A stretch of DNA of 60,728 nt, the filler included. It is 3 parts of 3 records of this genome, joined end to end, with 100 filler letters (N's around TTAATTAATTAA, not from the genome) between each part and the next. Parts side by side here need not be neighbours in the genome. Positions count along the whole stretch, not along the records: positions 13,657 to 36,301 come from DRR723986_6230; positions 36,402 to 60,728 come from DRR723986_6233; 1 more part is not named here. One strand, given 5' to 3'. Of this stretch, positions 28,874 to 37,262 are shown piece by piece. Within the stretch, counting starts at the first letter, position 1. Each line of letters begins with the position of its first letter. The translations under genes and the position numbers were made by a program. The notes under the pieces are model-generated. The model saw nothing but the letters and a program-made list of their open reading frames with translations, did not search any database and was not told the DNA's origin.

Positions 28874-29743
28874 TCACGAGCGCACACGGGTCGAGAACAG
28901 GCCTTCGGGCCGAAAGCGGATGAGGATGACGATCGCCAGCAGGACCAGCGCCTTGGCCAGGGTGTCGTTGCTGTGGAAGGCCAGGAAACCCGAAAGTTCA
29001 CCCAGGATCCCGGAGCTTGCGACAGTGCCGAGCAGGCTCTGGGCACCACCAAGGACAACCACCATGAAGGCGTCGACGACGTAGGTCGTCCCCATTTCCG
29101 GAGAGACGCTCTTCAGCGGCGACACGAGCGCACCGGCGAGACCGGCGATGCCGGCGCCATAGGCGAAGGTCGATCGATAGATGCGGGCGGAATTTATGCC
29201 GAAGCTGGAGGCGATCTCCCGGTTCTGGGTAATCGCACGCAGTTTCAGCCCGAAGCTGGTGCGACGGTAGATAACCCAGGTGAGCCCGAAGAGGACAAGC
29301 GCAAGACCGAGGATGAACAGCCGGTAGGCGGACTCGCTTGCACCGAACAGGGACACGCTGCCACTGAGGAACGCCGGGATCTCGACATAACGCAGCTCGC
29401 CGCCGGCAATCAGCCGGATCGCCTGCTGCGCCATCACGCCAATGCCCCAGGTCGCCAGGATAGTGTCGAGCGGCCGGTCGTAGAGATGGCGGATGACCAG
29501 GGCTTCCACGGCCCAACCGAACACCGCAAGAATGAAAAAGATCGGGATCAGGCTTTCCAGCAATCCCATGCCAAGCTGGGACTGCAGAAACCAGGCGCAA
29601 TAGGCGCCCAGCATGACGAATTCGCCATGCGCGAGATTGATGACCCCGGTCACGCCGTAAATGACGGCGAGGCCAAGGGCGACCAGCATCAGGATCGAAG
29701 CGATACTGAGACCGGTCAGGAGTTGGGAGACGACAAGTTCCAT
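28874..29743 (-). CDS. amide/urea ABC transporter permease (short UrtB-like)
   Basis: GVINLAHGEFVMLGAY, RPLDTILATWG, DAFMVVVLGG. Confidence 0.92.
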   Translation of the reverse strand: MELVVSQLLTGLSIASILMLVALGLAVIYGVTGVINLAHGEFVMLGAYCAWFLQSQLGMGLLESLIPIFFILAVFGWAVEALVIRHLYDRPLDTILATWGIGVMAQQAIRLIAGGELRYVEIPAFLSGSVSLFGASESAYRLFILGLALVLFGLTWVIYRRTSFGLKLRAITQNREIASSFGINSARIYRSTFAYGAGIAGLAGALVSPLKSVSPEMGTTYVVDAFMVVVLGGAQSLLGTVASSGILGELSGFLAFHSNDTLAKALVLLAIVILIRFRPEGLFSTRVRS

Positions 29744-29823
29744 CTGCAAGCCTTCAAGGTCTGGAAAACATCAGGTCACGGAAAAGCCGGGCGGCGTGAC
29801 GACACGCCGCCCGTTTGCGCGTG

Positions 29824-31071
29824 TCAGCTGCTCTTCAGACCGTCAGCGGTGCAGACTTGACCGTCGTAGGCCTTGTAGGGAATGGGCTCGAGCCAGTCGG
29901 CGGACTGTTGCAGGATCTCGAACTGGCCATCCGACTTGCACTGGCCGATCTTCGGTCTCAGCCAGGTATGAAGGTTCTCGCCCTCGATCTTGACCAGTCC
30001 CTGCGGCGCGTTGAACTGCTCGCCCTTGACGGCCTCGCGGATGGTGGTGGGATCGATATCGTCCGGCGACAGTTTCTCGACGGCCTGCTTGAACAGATGC
30101 ACCTGGAAATAGGACGGCTCGGAGACGAAATGCGTGACCTTGTCGCCGCCCCAGCGGGACTTGTAGGCCTCGACGAATTTCTGGTTTTCCGGTGAATCCC
30201 AGACCATGAAATATGGTGCGGAGGTGAAATGCCCCGCGGCTGCCGCACCGCCCATCGCCGCCACTTCGTTTTCCGAGGTGGTCAGGCTGGCCATCGGCAT
30301 CTTTTCCGGGTCGAGACCGGCGGCATGATACTGCCGGTGCAGGGCGACAACGGAATCGCCGACCACCGTCGAAAAGATCACATCCGGCTTTTCCGCCTTC
30401 AGCTTGTTGATGACGGATGAGAATTCCGAATGACCGAGCGGCACATATTCCTCATGAACCACTTCGGCGCCAAGTTCGGCCAGCAACTTCTTGCAGTAGT
30501 TGTTCTCTTCCTTCGGATAGATGTAATTCGACCCGATCAGGTACCAGCGCTTGCCGAAATTCTTCACCAGCCAGGGCACGAACTCGTCCTGCTGCTGATT
30601 GGGGACAGCACCTGTGTAAATGACATTCTTCGAGCACTCGCGCCCCTCGTAGAGGGTAGGATACCAATAGAGATTGTCCCGCTTTTCGAACACGGGCAGC
30701 ACGGCCTTCCGGCTGGCCGAGGTATAGGAGCCGAAGACCGAAACGCATTTGTCCTGGAGGACAAGCTTGCGCGCCTTTTCCGCGAAAGTCGCCGGATCAG
30801 AAGCCGGGTCCTCAACCACCGGAACGATCTCCATGCCGTTGACACCGCCGGCGGCGTTGATTTCCTCGATCGCCATGATCGTCGCCTTGTTGAGCGACTC
30901 TTCGATAATCGCAGTCGTCCCGGTCAGGGAGAACAGAACCCCCACCTTGATCTGGCCGCCGGCGGCGCGCGCCAGCCCGCTGTTCTTGCTCCAGATATGC
31001 GGGAAGGTGCCGAGACCGGCTGCCCCGAAAGCGGCCGACCCGAGAAGAAAATTGCGCCTGTTGGTTTTCAC
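29824..31071 (-). CDS. amide/urea ABC substrate-binding protein (UrtA/FmdD/AmiC-like), Tat-exported
   Basis: GTG start with RBS GGAG; twin-arginine NRRNFL; IKVGVLFSLTG, YTSASRKAVLP, YPTLYEG, PNQQ. Confidence 0.92.
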   Translation of the reverse strand: MKTNRRNFLLGSAAFGAAGLGTFPHIWSKNSGLARAAGGQIKVGVLFSLTGTTAIIEESLNKATIMAIEEINAAGGVNGMEIVPVVEDPASDPATFAEKARKLVLQDKCVSVFGSYTSASRKAVLPVFEKRDNLYWYPTLYEGRECSKNVIYTGAVPNQQQDEFVPWLVKNFGKRWYLIGSNYIYPKEENNYCKKLLAELGAEVVHEEYVPLGHSEFSSVINKLKAEKPDVIFSTVVGDSVVALHRQYHAAGLDPEKMPMASLTTSENEVAAMGGAAAAGHFTSAPYFMVWDSPENQKFVEAYKSRWGGDKVTHFVSEPSYFQVHLFKQAVEKLSPDDIDPTTIREAVKGEQFNAPQGLVKIEGENLHTWLRPKIGQCKSDGQFEILQQSADWLEPIPYKAYDGQVCTADGLKSS

Positions 31072-31084
31072 GTTGCTGCTCCAT

Positions 31085-31174
31085 AAACAAAAAAAGCCCC
31101 GTCCGCCCTGCCTTGCGGCAGCTCGTTCGGGGCATCGTCGCCTCTGATTTTTGTGAACGCGGCTATGGTGCCGC
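31085..31174 (-). promoter_or_regulatory. ANTAR attenuator (dual hairpin + terminator), proximal to the SBP gene
   Basis: P1 gcggc-ACCATA-gccgc (31159-31174). P2 ggc-GACGAT-gcc (31131-31142) overlaps terminator gccccg...cggggc-TTTTTTT. Confidence 0.72.
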
Positions 31175-31199
31175 TGAGGGAAATGTCTGAATTTCAGAC

Positions 31200-31275
31200 A
31201 ACAAAAAACCCCACGTTCCGCCAAGACGAAAACCGTGGGGCTCTTTTACCCGGATGTACGTGGCGCTGTTGCCAC
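31200..31275 (-). promoter_or_regulatory. ANTAR attenuator (dual hairpin + terminator), distal
   Basis: P1 gtggc-AACAGC-gccac (31260-31275). P2 gggt-AAAAGA-gccc (31238-31251) overlaps terminator ccccacg...cgtgggg-TTTTTT. Confidence 0.78.
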
Positions 31276-31288
31276 AAATAACTCTGAA

Positions 31289-31317
31289 AGATTAGCTAAG
31301 AAGTTCGTGCGAGTCAA
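31289..31317 (-). promoter_or_regulatory. sigma70 promoter embedded in the amiR 3' end
   Basis: TTGACT-N17-TAATCT; the -10 box includes the amiR stop codon and lies ~14 nt before ANTAR P1. Confidence 0.65.
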
Positions 31318-31945
31318 TTATCGCATTTGCAACTGCGCCAATAGTTACACGCCGTTCCATCGCCTGTCGGCGCAAATAGTTGTAAGCTTCCTCTTCGCTT
31401 ACATTCTTGACGCGAACCAACAGAGACTTTGCACGCTCAACAAGGCGCATTGTTCTGAGATTTTCATCAAGTTTATCGATCCGGTTTCTTAGTCGACGTT
31501 CGTAAAGAAAGTGCTCGCGCGCCAGAGCGACACAAGTCTGGACCGCGCGCTGGACGACCGGATAGTGCAGCACGCCATGGGCGGCGCAATTATGGATCAG
31601 CTTGAGATCCAGATTGCTGACACCGCGATCCACCAACACCAGACCGGCTTCCGGCTCTCCCGGCAACCAGGGGATACGTTTGGGCATGTCCTCGACCAGC
31701 GTGCAGAACACAAGATCGCAATCGACAGGCAACTGCGGCGGGATCGGCCAGATATGGCGCACCTCGCAACGCAGGCGCTGCAACTCCCGGATCAGGCGTT
31801 CGCCATCCGCATCGGGTTCGACGATAACCGCGATCCTGAGGTTCTGATGCGGAGTTGTCGCGGTGGCGTTCTTGCGCATGGCAGCCGCAGCCGACGTTCG
31901 TTGCGAAAGCGGACGCTTGGTCTTGGCCGCCGCGTTTGTGTCCAT
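31292..31945 (-). CDS. amiR: ANTAR-domain antiterminator AmiR (pseudo-receiver + ANTAR; start uncertain)
   Basis: ELQRLRCEVRHIWP; LVERAKSLL...SEEEAYNYLRRQAMERRVTI; follows amiC. Confidence 0.9.
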   Translation of the reverse strand: MDTNAAAKTKRPLSQRTSAAAAMRKNATATTPHQNLRIAVIVEPDADGERLIRELQRLRCEVRHIWPIPPQLPVDCDLVFCTLVEDMPKRIPWLPGEPEAGLVLVDRGVSNLDLKLIHNCAAHGVLHYPVVQRAVQTCVALAREHFLYERRLRNRIDKLDENLRTMRLVERAKSLLVRVKNVSEEEAYNYLRRQAMERRVTIGAVANAIIDSHELLS

Positions 31946-32001
31946 TTCCAGTGTCTCCCCGGTTGTCTGCTTGTTTGTCCAGGTTCTTCGGGAGGTTTGT
32001 G

Positions 32002-33144
32002 TCAGCTGTATTCGAGGCATCGGCCGTACCCAATCAAGTAAGGATCCGCCTTCACGCTGGAGGGCGATTCAAAAACGATATCGAACTGGCCGCTGCGGTT
32101 CGCGCGGCCGATGCGGGTCCACAGGTCGGCATGGCCCCAAACGGGGTTGATGGAAACTTCGCCCTGCGGGGCATCGAATTCCGATCCCATGACCGACTGG
32201 CGGATCATCGAGGTGTCCATCGAGTTGGTCTCGGCAAGGGTCTTGGCGAAGACATTCACCTGGAAATAGGACGCCTCCAGACACATGTTGGTCGGCTCGT
32301 CCTCTCCGTAGCGCTTCTTGTAACGGTCGATGAAGGTCGCATTGCGGTCATTGCCGACGCCCTGGAAATAGGAAGCGGCGGTCAGATGGCCGTCGCCGAC
32401 ATCATATCCCATCGCCCGGATCTCGGCCTCGGTTGTCGTCAGGCTGGCGATCGGCATCACCCTCGGGTCGATGCCGAGATCGGCATAGGCCTGGTAGAGA
32501 TATGTGGTCGTGTTTCCGACCACCGTGGAGAAGATCACGTCCGGCTGCAGCTGCCGGATTTCGCGCATGATCGGTACGAAGGAGTTCCTGTCCGCTCCCA
32601 GCCGGACATAACTCTCGCCGACGACACTGCCGCCGTTGTTGCGGATCAGCTCCCGCATGATGCGATTGGATTCGCGCGGATAGATGTAGTCCGACCCCAC
32701 GAAATAGAACCGCGTTCCATAGAGCTCCATCAGGATCCGGCACAGCTGGACGCTGTTCTGGTTGGGCGTTGCTCCCGTGTAGATCACGTTGGAGGAAAAC
32801 TCGAAGCCCTCGTAAAGCGTCGGATACCACAAAAGGCCGTTCAGTCTTTCAACCACAGGCAGAACGGCCTTGCGGCTGGACGAGGTATAACAGCCGAATA
32901 TCGTGCTGCAGCCGTCCTCGACCATAAGCTTCTTTGCAAGAAGCCCGTAGTTGCGCGAGTCCGAACCCGGGTCATAGATAATCGGCTCGATGGGCCGTCC
33001 GTTGATCCCGCCGCTATCATTGATTTCATCGATCGCCGTCAACGTCCCGCGCAACTGGGTTTCCTCGATCACCGACATGTAGCCGGATTGCGAGAACAGC
33101 ACACCGACGCGCCACGGTTCGGAAGTTTTGCATGAACTGGTCAA
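32002..33144 (-). CDS. amiC: amide-sensing negative regulator AmiC (cytoplasmic PBP fold)
   Basis: No signal peptide; VGVLFSQSG, GCYTSSSRKAVLPVVER, YEGFEFS, PNQNS, SDYIYPRESN, ASLTTTEAE. Confidence 0.9.
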   Translation of the reverse strand: MTSSCKTSEPWRVGVLFSQSGYMSVIEETQLRGTLTAIDEINDSGGINGRPIEPIIYDPGSDSRNYGLLAKKLMVEDGCSTIFGCYTSSSRKAVLPVVERLNGLLWYPTLYEGFEFSSNVIYTGATPNQNSVQLCRILMELYGTRFYFVGSDYIYPRESNRIMRELIRNNGGSVVGESYVRLGADRNSFVPIMREIRQLQPDVIFSTVVGNTTTYLYQAYADLGIDPRVMPIASLTTTEAEIRAMGYDVGDGHLTAASYFQGVGNDRNATFIDRYKKRYGEDEPTNMCLEASYFQVNVFAKTLAETNSMDTSMIRQSVMGSEFDAPQGEVSINPVWGHADLWTRIGRANRSGQFDIVFESPSSVKADPYLIGYGRCLEYS

Positions 33145-33209
33145 CCCAAACTCTCCCCTTTCAGTCCTGCGCCGGCCGCCAAGGCGGCCGGCCGGGCTGG
33201 CCTTGCCTG

Positions 33210-34232
33210 TCAGGCACTACCCGCAAGTATTTCCTTCAGCTTCCCGTCCAGAAACGCCACATCAACCGGGCTGGTGCCCGGCCCACCTGCAAAATGTCCC
33301 CAAATGGATTCAATCGGAACCAACGTCGCGTTCGGCATGTTTGCGACTTCGATTTCGCTGTCTTCCGGCGGGAAGTATAGATCCGTTCGGCCGGGCATCA
33401 CATATGCCTTCGATTGTATTGCCCCCAGCGCCTTCTTGTAATCGCCATGGTAGATGTCGTTGGCGCTGATATCGCCGTTCTGCCAGGTCCAGAGCATGGC
33501 CAGCAGGTTGTTGGCGTCCTTGGGCAGGAAAAATCCTTCCCAGAACGCAACCAGGAAATCTTCCAGCGAGGAATATCCAAGCGTCTTCAGGTCCAGTTCT
33601 TCCCGGTAGAATGATTGCGAGAAACCCCAACCGGCATAGACACGCGCCATCGCCCGAAGCCCTCGTTCCGGCTTTTTCTCGTACCAGCCTTCCAGAAAGG
33701 CGGCATCGGCTGTCAGGGCCGCTTTCACCCCTTCCAGGAACACGAAGTTGTGCCGGGAGCATTTGGCGGACCCGCAAAACGGCACGATCCTCTCGACCAT
33801 GTCGGGATACATCGCGCCCCAGTGGAAGGTCTGCAGAGCCCCCATGGACCAGCCCGTGACCATCTTGATACGCTCGACACCGAACTTCTGTGTCATGAGC
33901 TGGTGCTGTGCGCGGACGTTGTCATAGGCGGTCACTTTCGGAAACCGCGCCGCGTTGTAGGGCTCGGGCGTATTGGACGGCGAAGATGACAAGCCGTTGC
34001 CGAACATGTTCGGAATCACGATGAAATACTCATCGGGATCCAGCGCCATGCCCTTGCCGACCAGCCATTCGTTGTCGACGTGCTGACCGGAATACCAGGT
34101 CGGGTAAACGATGACGTTGTCCTTCGCAGCGTTGAGTTTGCCGAAGGTCTTGTAGGCGAGCTTGCACTCGCGAAGCGTTGCGCCACTCTGAAAGGTGAAG
34201 TCGCCCAGTTCGTAAATTTCGTAGTCTGCCAT
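33210..34232 (-). CDS. homoserine-transacetylase-fold alpha/beta hydrolase (MekB/CgHle-like acetyl hydrolase)
   Basis: PTWYSG, LDP..YFIV.PNMFGNGLSSSPSN, nucleophile GWSMG, acid DLYF, IWGH. Confidence 0.8.
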   Translation of the reverse strand: MADYEIYELGDFTFQSGATLRECKLAYKTFGKLNAAKDNVIVYPTWYSGQHVDNEWLVGKGMALDPDEYFIVIPNMFGNGLSSSPSNTPEPYNAARFPKVTAYDNVRAQHQLMTQKFGVERIKMVTGWSMGALQTFHWGAMYPDMVERIVPFCGSAKCSRHNFVFLEGVKAALTADAAFLEGWYEKKPERGLRAMARVYAGWGFSQSFYREELDLKTLGYSSLEDFLVAFWEGFFLPKDANNLLAMLWTWQNGDISANDIYHGDYKKALGAIQSKAYVMPGRTDLYFPPEDSEIEVANMPNATLVPIESIWGHFAGGPGTSPVDVAFLDGKLKEILAGSA

Positions 34233-34289
34233 GGAAGGCTATCCTCTGGTTTTTGGTATTGTCCGGCGGCCTGAGCCGCCGGAAATGGG

Positions 34290-35606
34290 TCAGGCACCGG
34301 CCCTTGCGGCCTCTGGCATCCTGTTGAACAGGAGGTAGGCAACCCCACCGGCAAGCCCTGCGGAAATTGCCGTCGAAAACTGCGGCGCATAGAACTCGAC
34401 GATCACCGCAACGATGGAACCTGCCGCCCAGGCAGCGAATGCGGTCGGGCGCCAGTCACGGTCGATCGTGGCGTTGCGGCGCTGCAGATACTGGTCAACC
34501 AGAATGATCGCGCCGATCGGCGGAACAAGGATGCCGAGCAGGGAAAGCCACTGGATGAAGAACGCCCAGACGTTGCCGGCGGCAATGACGATACCGATGA
34601 CACCCAGGACAACTGCCATCAACCGCATGCGGCTGTTGAGAATACGCGACCAGCCGGTTGCGGCATTGTAAAGGCAATGAGCGCAGACAGAGCCGAGATT
34701 GCAGTAGAGAAAGAGGAAAGCAAGGACACTGAGAAAGGTCAGCTGCTTGCCGTTCATGTAGCCGAACATGTTGTCCGTGCCGAAGGGATTGGCATCGGGA
34801 ACCGCAAGGGCTGCCGTCATGATGCCCCCGACCAGCATGGCGCACATGTTGGCGAACGGAAAGGCGCTGAACGTTGCGATGACGGATGCCTTGGTATCCT
34901 TTGCCCAACGGTTGAAGTCCGCCGTCACTGTCCCGGCATCGATGAACAGGGCGATGACCACTGTCAGTCCGACACCCATCGACATGGTCGCCGCGCCGTT
35001 GTTGCCGGGATAAGCCGCGATTTCCGCCCAGCTTGTCGTCGACAGGCTGTCGGCAACCACCCAGCCGCCAAGCAGCACGAACAAGGGCACCGACACCAGC
35101 CCGATCAGGTGAAGCCCGTGTACCCCGACGAAGGTGATGCCGATGTAAAGCAGGCCGGCGATCACGGTCATCGCGACATAGTTCAGCTCGTAGGCGGAGC
35201 TGATCAAGGATCCCGTGATGCCGGTTTGCACCGCGTACCAGCCGAGCAGCAGGGTCGACAGCAGGCCGGAGGCAAGCATGTATCCCTTCCGTCCGAAGAC
35301 CACACTGGCAAGAAGTGCGAAATTCATGCCCCTGCGCGTGCCCAGAACCCCCAGCAGGCCGACATAGGCAAACATGATCAGATTGCCCAGGAGCATCGCC
35401 CAGACCGCATTTGTGAAGCCCATGCCCAGAACCAGGAGAGACCCGGTCATGGCGCCGGTGATGATCATCGGGAAACCTATCCAGACAGTCGTGACCGAAA
35501 AGGTGCTCCTGCGGGCCGACATCGGGACCGGCGTGTGTTCATATTCTTCTCCAAGAACATGATCCACTTCGTCCAAGGCTTCCGCCTCGCCGTGTAACTT
35601 GCTCAT
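34290..35606 (-). CDS. NCS1 / cytosine-permease (CodB-like) transporter
   Basis: EYEHTPVP..ARRS, FGRKG, GWYAVQ, ADFNRWAK, LGILVPPIGAIILVD; ~12 hydrophobic segments. Confidence 0.88.
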   Translation of the reverse strand: MSKLHGEAEALDEVDHVLGEEYEHTPVPMSARRSTFSVTTVWIGFPMIITGAMTGSLLVLGMGFTNAVWAMLLGNLIMFAYVGLLGVLGTRRGMNFALLASVVFGRKGYMLASGLLSTLLLGWYAVQTGITGSLISSAYELNYVAMTVIAGLLYIGITFVGVHGLHLIGLVSVPLFVLLGGWVVADSLSTTSWAEIAAYPGNNGAATMSMGVGLTVVIALFIDAGTVTADFNRWAKDTKASVIATFSAFPFANMCAMLVGGIMTAALAVPDANPFGTDNMFGYMNGKQLTFLSVLAFLFLYCNLGSVCAHCLYNAATGWSRILNSRMRLMAVVLGVIGIVIAAGNVWAFFIQWLSLLGILVPPIGAIILVDQYLQRRNATIDRDWRPTAFAAWAAGSIVAVIVEFYAPQFSTAISAGLAGGVAYLLFNRMPEAARAGA

Positions 35607-35682
35607 TTTTACCCCTCATTTTTATTGTTCTGCCGCGCCCCGGCAGTTGTTCGGGGTTTCTCTCGCGGCACGTCGCTGAGCG

Positions 35683-35769
35683 CAAAAGAAAAGGCCTCCC
35701 TACAGCTTCGTTTCCGAAGACATAGAGAGGCCTTTTCGCCTGCGAATTTTAAAGTGGCCCCGTTGCCAC
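35683..35769 (-). promoter_or_regulatory. ANTAR attenuator in the leader of the permease-hydrolase-amiC-amiR unit
   Basis: P1 gtggc-AACGGG-gccac (35754-35769; A1/G4 loop). P2 aggc-GAAAAG-gcct (35728-35741) overlaps terminator aggcctctcta...tagggaggcc-TTTTCTTTT. Confidence 0.82.
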
Positions 35770-35792
35770 GTTCCAATCACTTGGAGATTGAA

Positions 35793-35821
35793 ACGTTATC
35801 GAGAGGTTTTACTTCTGTCAA
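35793..35821 (-). promoter_or_regulatory. sigma70 promoter
   Basis: TTGACA-N17-TAACGT just upstream of the ANTAR leader. Confidence 0.72.
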
Positions 35822-36088
35822 CAAAATCGGCACACGGCCTCTGCCAAATTTTTGACCAGCCACCTAAACGATTTTTCTTATTAATTTCAATTAATTACAG
35901 ACATGCTTCACATAGGCGCCTGTCAGGCAAACATCAAAGCACTCTATTCGGGCTGCTGTTTCGCGATGTCAGGGGTTGGAATTTTCTTTCGCCACGACCT
36001 GACACCGATTTCCGAAAATGGCGCAACCTCGGCCTCTTCAATTGCGTAATCAGCCTGCTGTGACGCACTTCTGCGTTTGTCTCGAAGA

Positions 36089-36301
36089 CTATTCCTGGGT
36101 CAGATGCTCGAAGAAGGTCGAGCCTGAATAGTCCTTCCGGAAAAGGCCCAGATCACCCAATGCAGGAACCACCTGTTCCAGGAGCAAGCGCACCGCGTCC
36201 AGAGATCCACCCGGAAAGGCGACGAAACCGTCGATCGCACCTGCCGCTGCCCAATCCTTGATTTGTGCGACCGCATCGGAAGGTGTGCCGACGACGAGCC
36301 A
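36089..36301 (-). CDS. NtaA/DmoA-family flavin monooxygenase (LLM class), C-terminal fragment
   Basis: Absent from the ORF track. Manual translation: WLVVGTPSDAVAQIKDWAAAGAIDGFVAFP...QVVPALGDLGLFRKDYSGSTFFEHLTQE*. Confidence 0.78.
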   Translation of the reverse strand, partial: WLVVGTPSDAVAQIKDWAAAGAIDGFVAFPGGSLDAVRLLLEQVVPALGDLGLFRKDYSGSTFFEHLTQE

Positions 36302-36401
36302 NNNNNNNNNNNNNNNNNNNNNNNNNNNNNNNNNNNNNNNNNNNNTTAATTAATTAANNNNNNNNNNNNNNNNNNNNNNNNNNNNNNNNNNNNNNNNNNN
36401 N
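36302..36401. other. artificial contig linker
   Basis: N44-TTAATTAATTAA-N44. Confidence 0.99.
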
Positions 36402-36858
36402 CCACGCCGGCAACTCCTCCGGCATTGTCGATGGAGCTGCCGCCGTTCTGATCGGTTCCAGCACCGCAGGCCGTTCCTCCGGCCTGAAGCCGCGTGCCCG
36501 CATCAAGGCTTTCGCCAATATCGGTTCCGAACCGGCCCTGATGTTGACCGGCCCGGTGGATGTTACCGAAAAGCTTCTGAAAAACGCCAAGATGGACATC
36601 AAGGACATTGATCTCATCGAGATCAACGAAGCCTTTGCCTCCGTCGTCCTGCGTTACCAGCAAGCCTTCGATCTTGATCCGGCAACGGTCAACGTCAACG
36701 GCGGCGCGATTGCCATGGGCCATCCTCTCGGCGCCACCGGCGCCATGATACTTGGCACCGTGCTCGACGAACTGGAACGCCGCGATCTCAACACCGCCCT
36801 CGTCACGCTGTGTATCGGCGCGGGCATGGGAACAGCGACCATCATCGAACGGGTCTGA
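36402..36858 (+). CDS. acetyl-CoA C-acyltransferase (thiolase), 3' part
   Basis: [40 protein letters not shown]. Confidence 0.95.
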
Positions 36859-36860
36859 TC

Positions 36861-37244
36861 ATGATCAGCAACATCGACAGGGAATTCGCCCAGATCACTG
36901 ACTACTGGTCGCCGCGTGTGGTGGCCGACGTCAACGACCAGAGCGTCAAGCTTGCGAAGCTGAAAGGCGAGTTCGTCTGGCACGACCACCAGGACGAGGA
37001 CGAGCTCTTCTTCATCATCAAGGGCAGCCTCACCATCCGCTACCGCGACCGGGACGATGTCGTCCTGAACGCCGGCGACATGCACGTCGTGCCCAAGGGC
37101 GTCGAGCACAATCCGCTCGCAGAAGACGAATGCTGGGTGATGCTGTTCGAACCCGCAGAGACCAAACACACCGGCGACGTTGTCGTCGACGGCACGAAGA
37201 CGGCTGCGCAACAGCGCGCCCATCTGCAGTCGACCGGCGCCTGA
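36861..37244 (+). CDS. cupin domain protein
   Basis: [29 protein letters not shown]. Confidence 0.9.
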   Translation: MISNIDREFAQITDYWSPRVVADVNDQSVKLAKLKGEFVWHDHQDEDELFFIIKGSLTIRYRDRDDVVLNAGDMHVVPKGVEHNPLAEDECWVMLFEPAETKHTGDVVVDGTKTAAQQRAHLQSTGA

Positions 37245-37262
37245 CCCGAGGAGGACCATCAA

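Noticed and set aside
31085-31275. CRISPR-like or REP interpretation of the repeated hairpins
   Set aside because: There is no repeat-spacer periodicity and no cas genes; ANTAR architecture explains them.
33210-34232. metX (homoserine O-acetyltransferase)
   Set aside because: It lacks the usual HALTG motif (has PTWYSG instead) and has no Met-biosynthesis context.
35840-35930. NtrC / sigma54 sites upstream of the amide island
   Set aside because: Only weak partial matches (tgccaaatttttgacca); a good sigma70 promoter is present.
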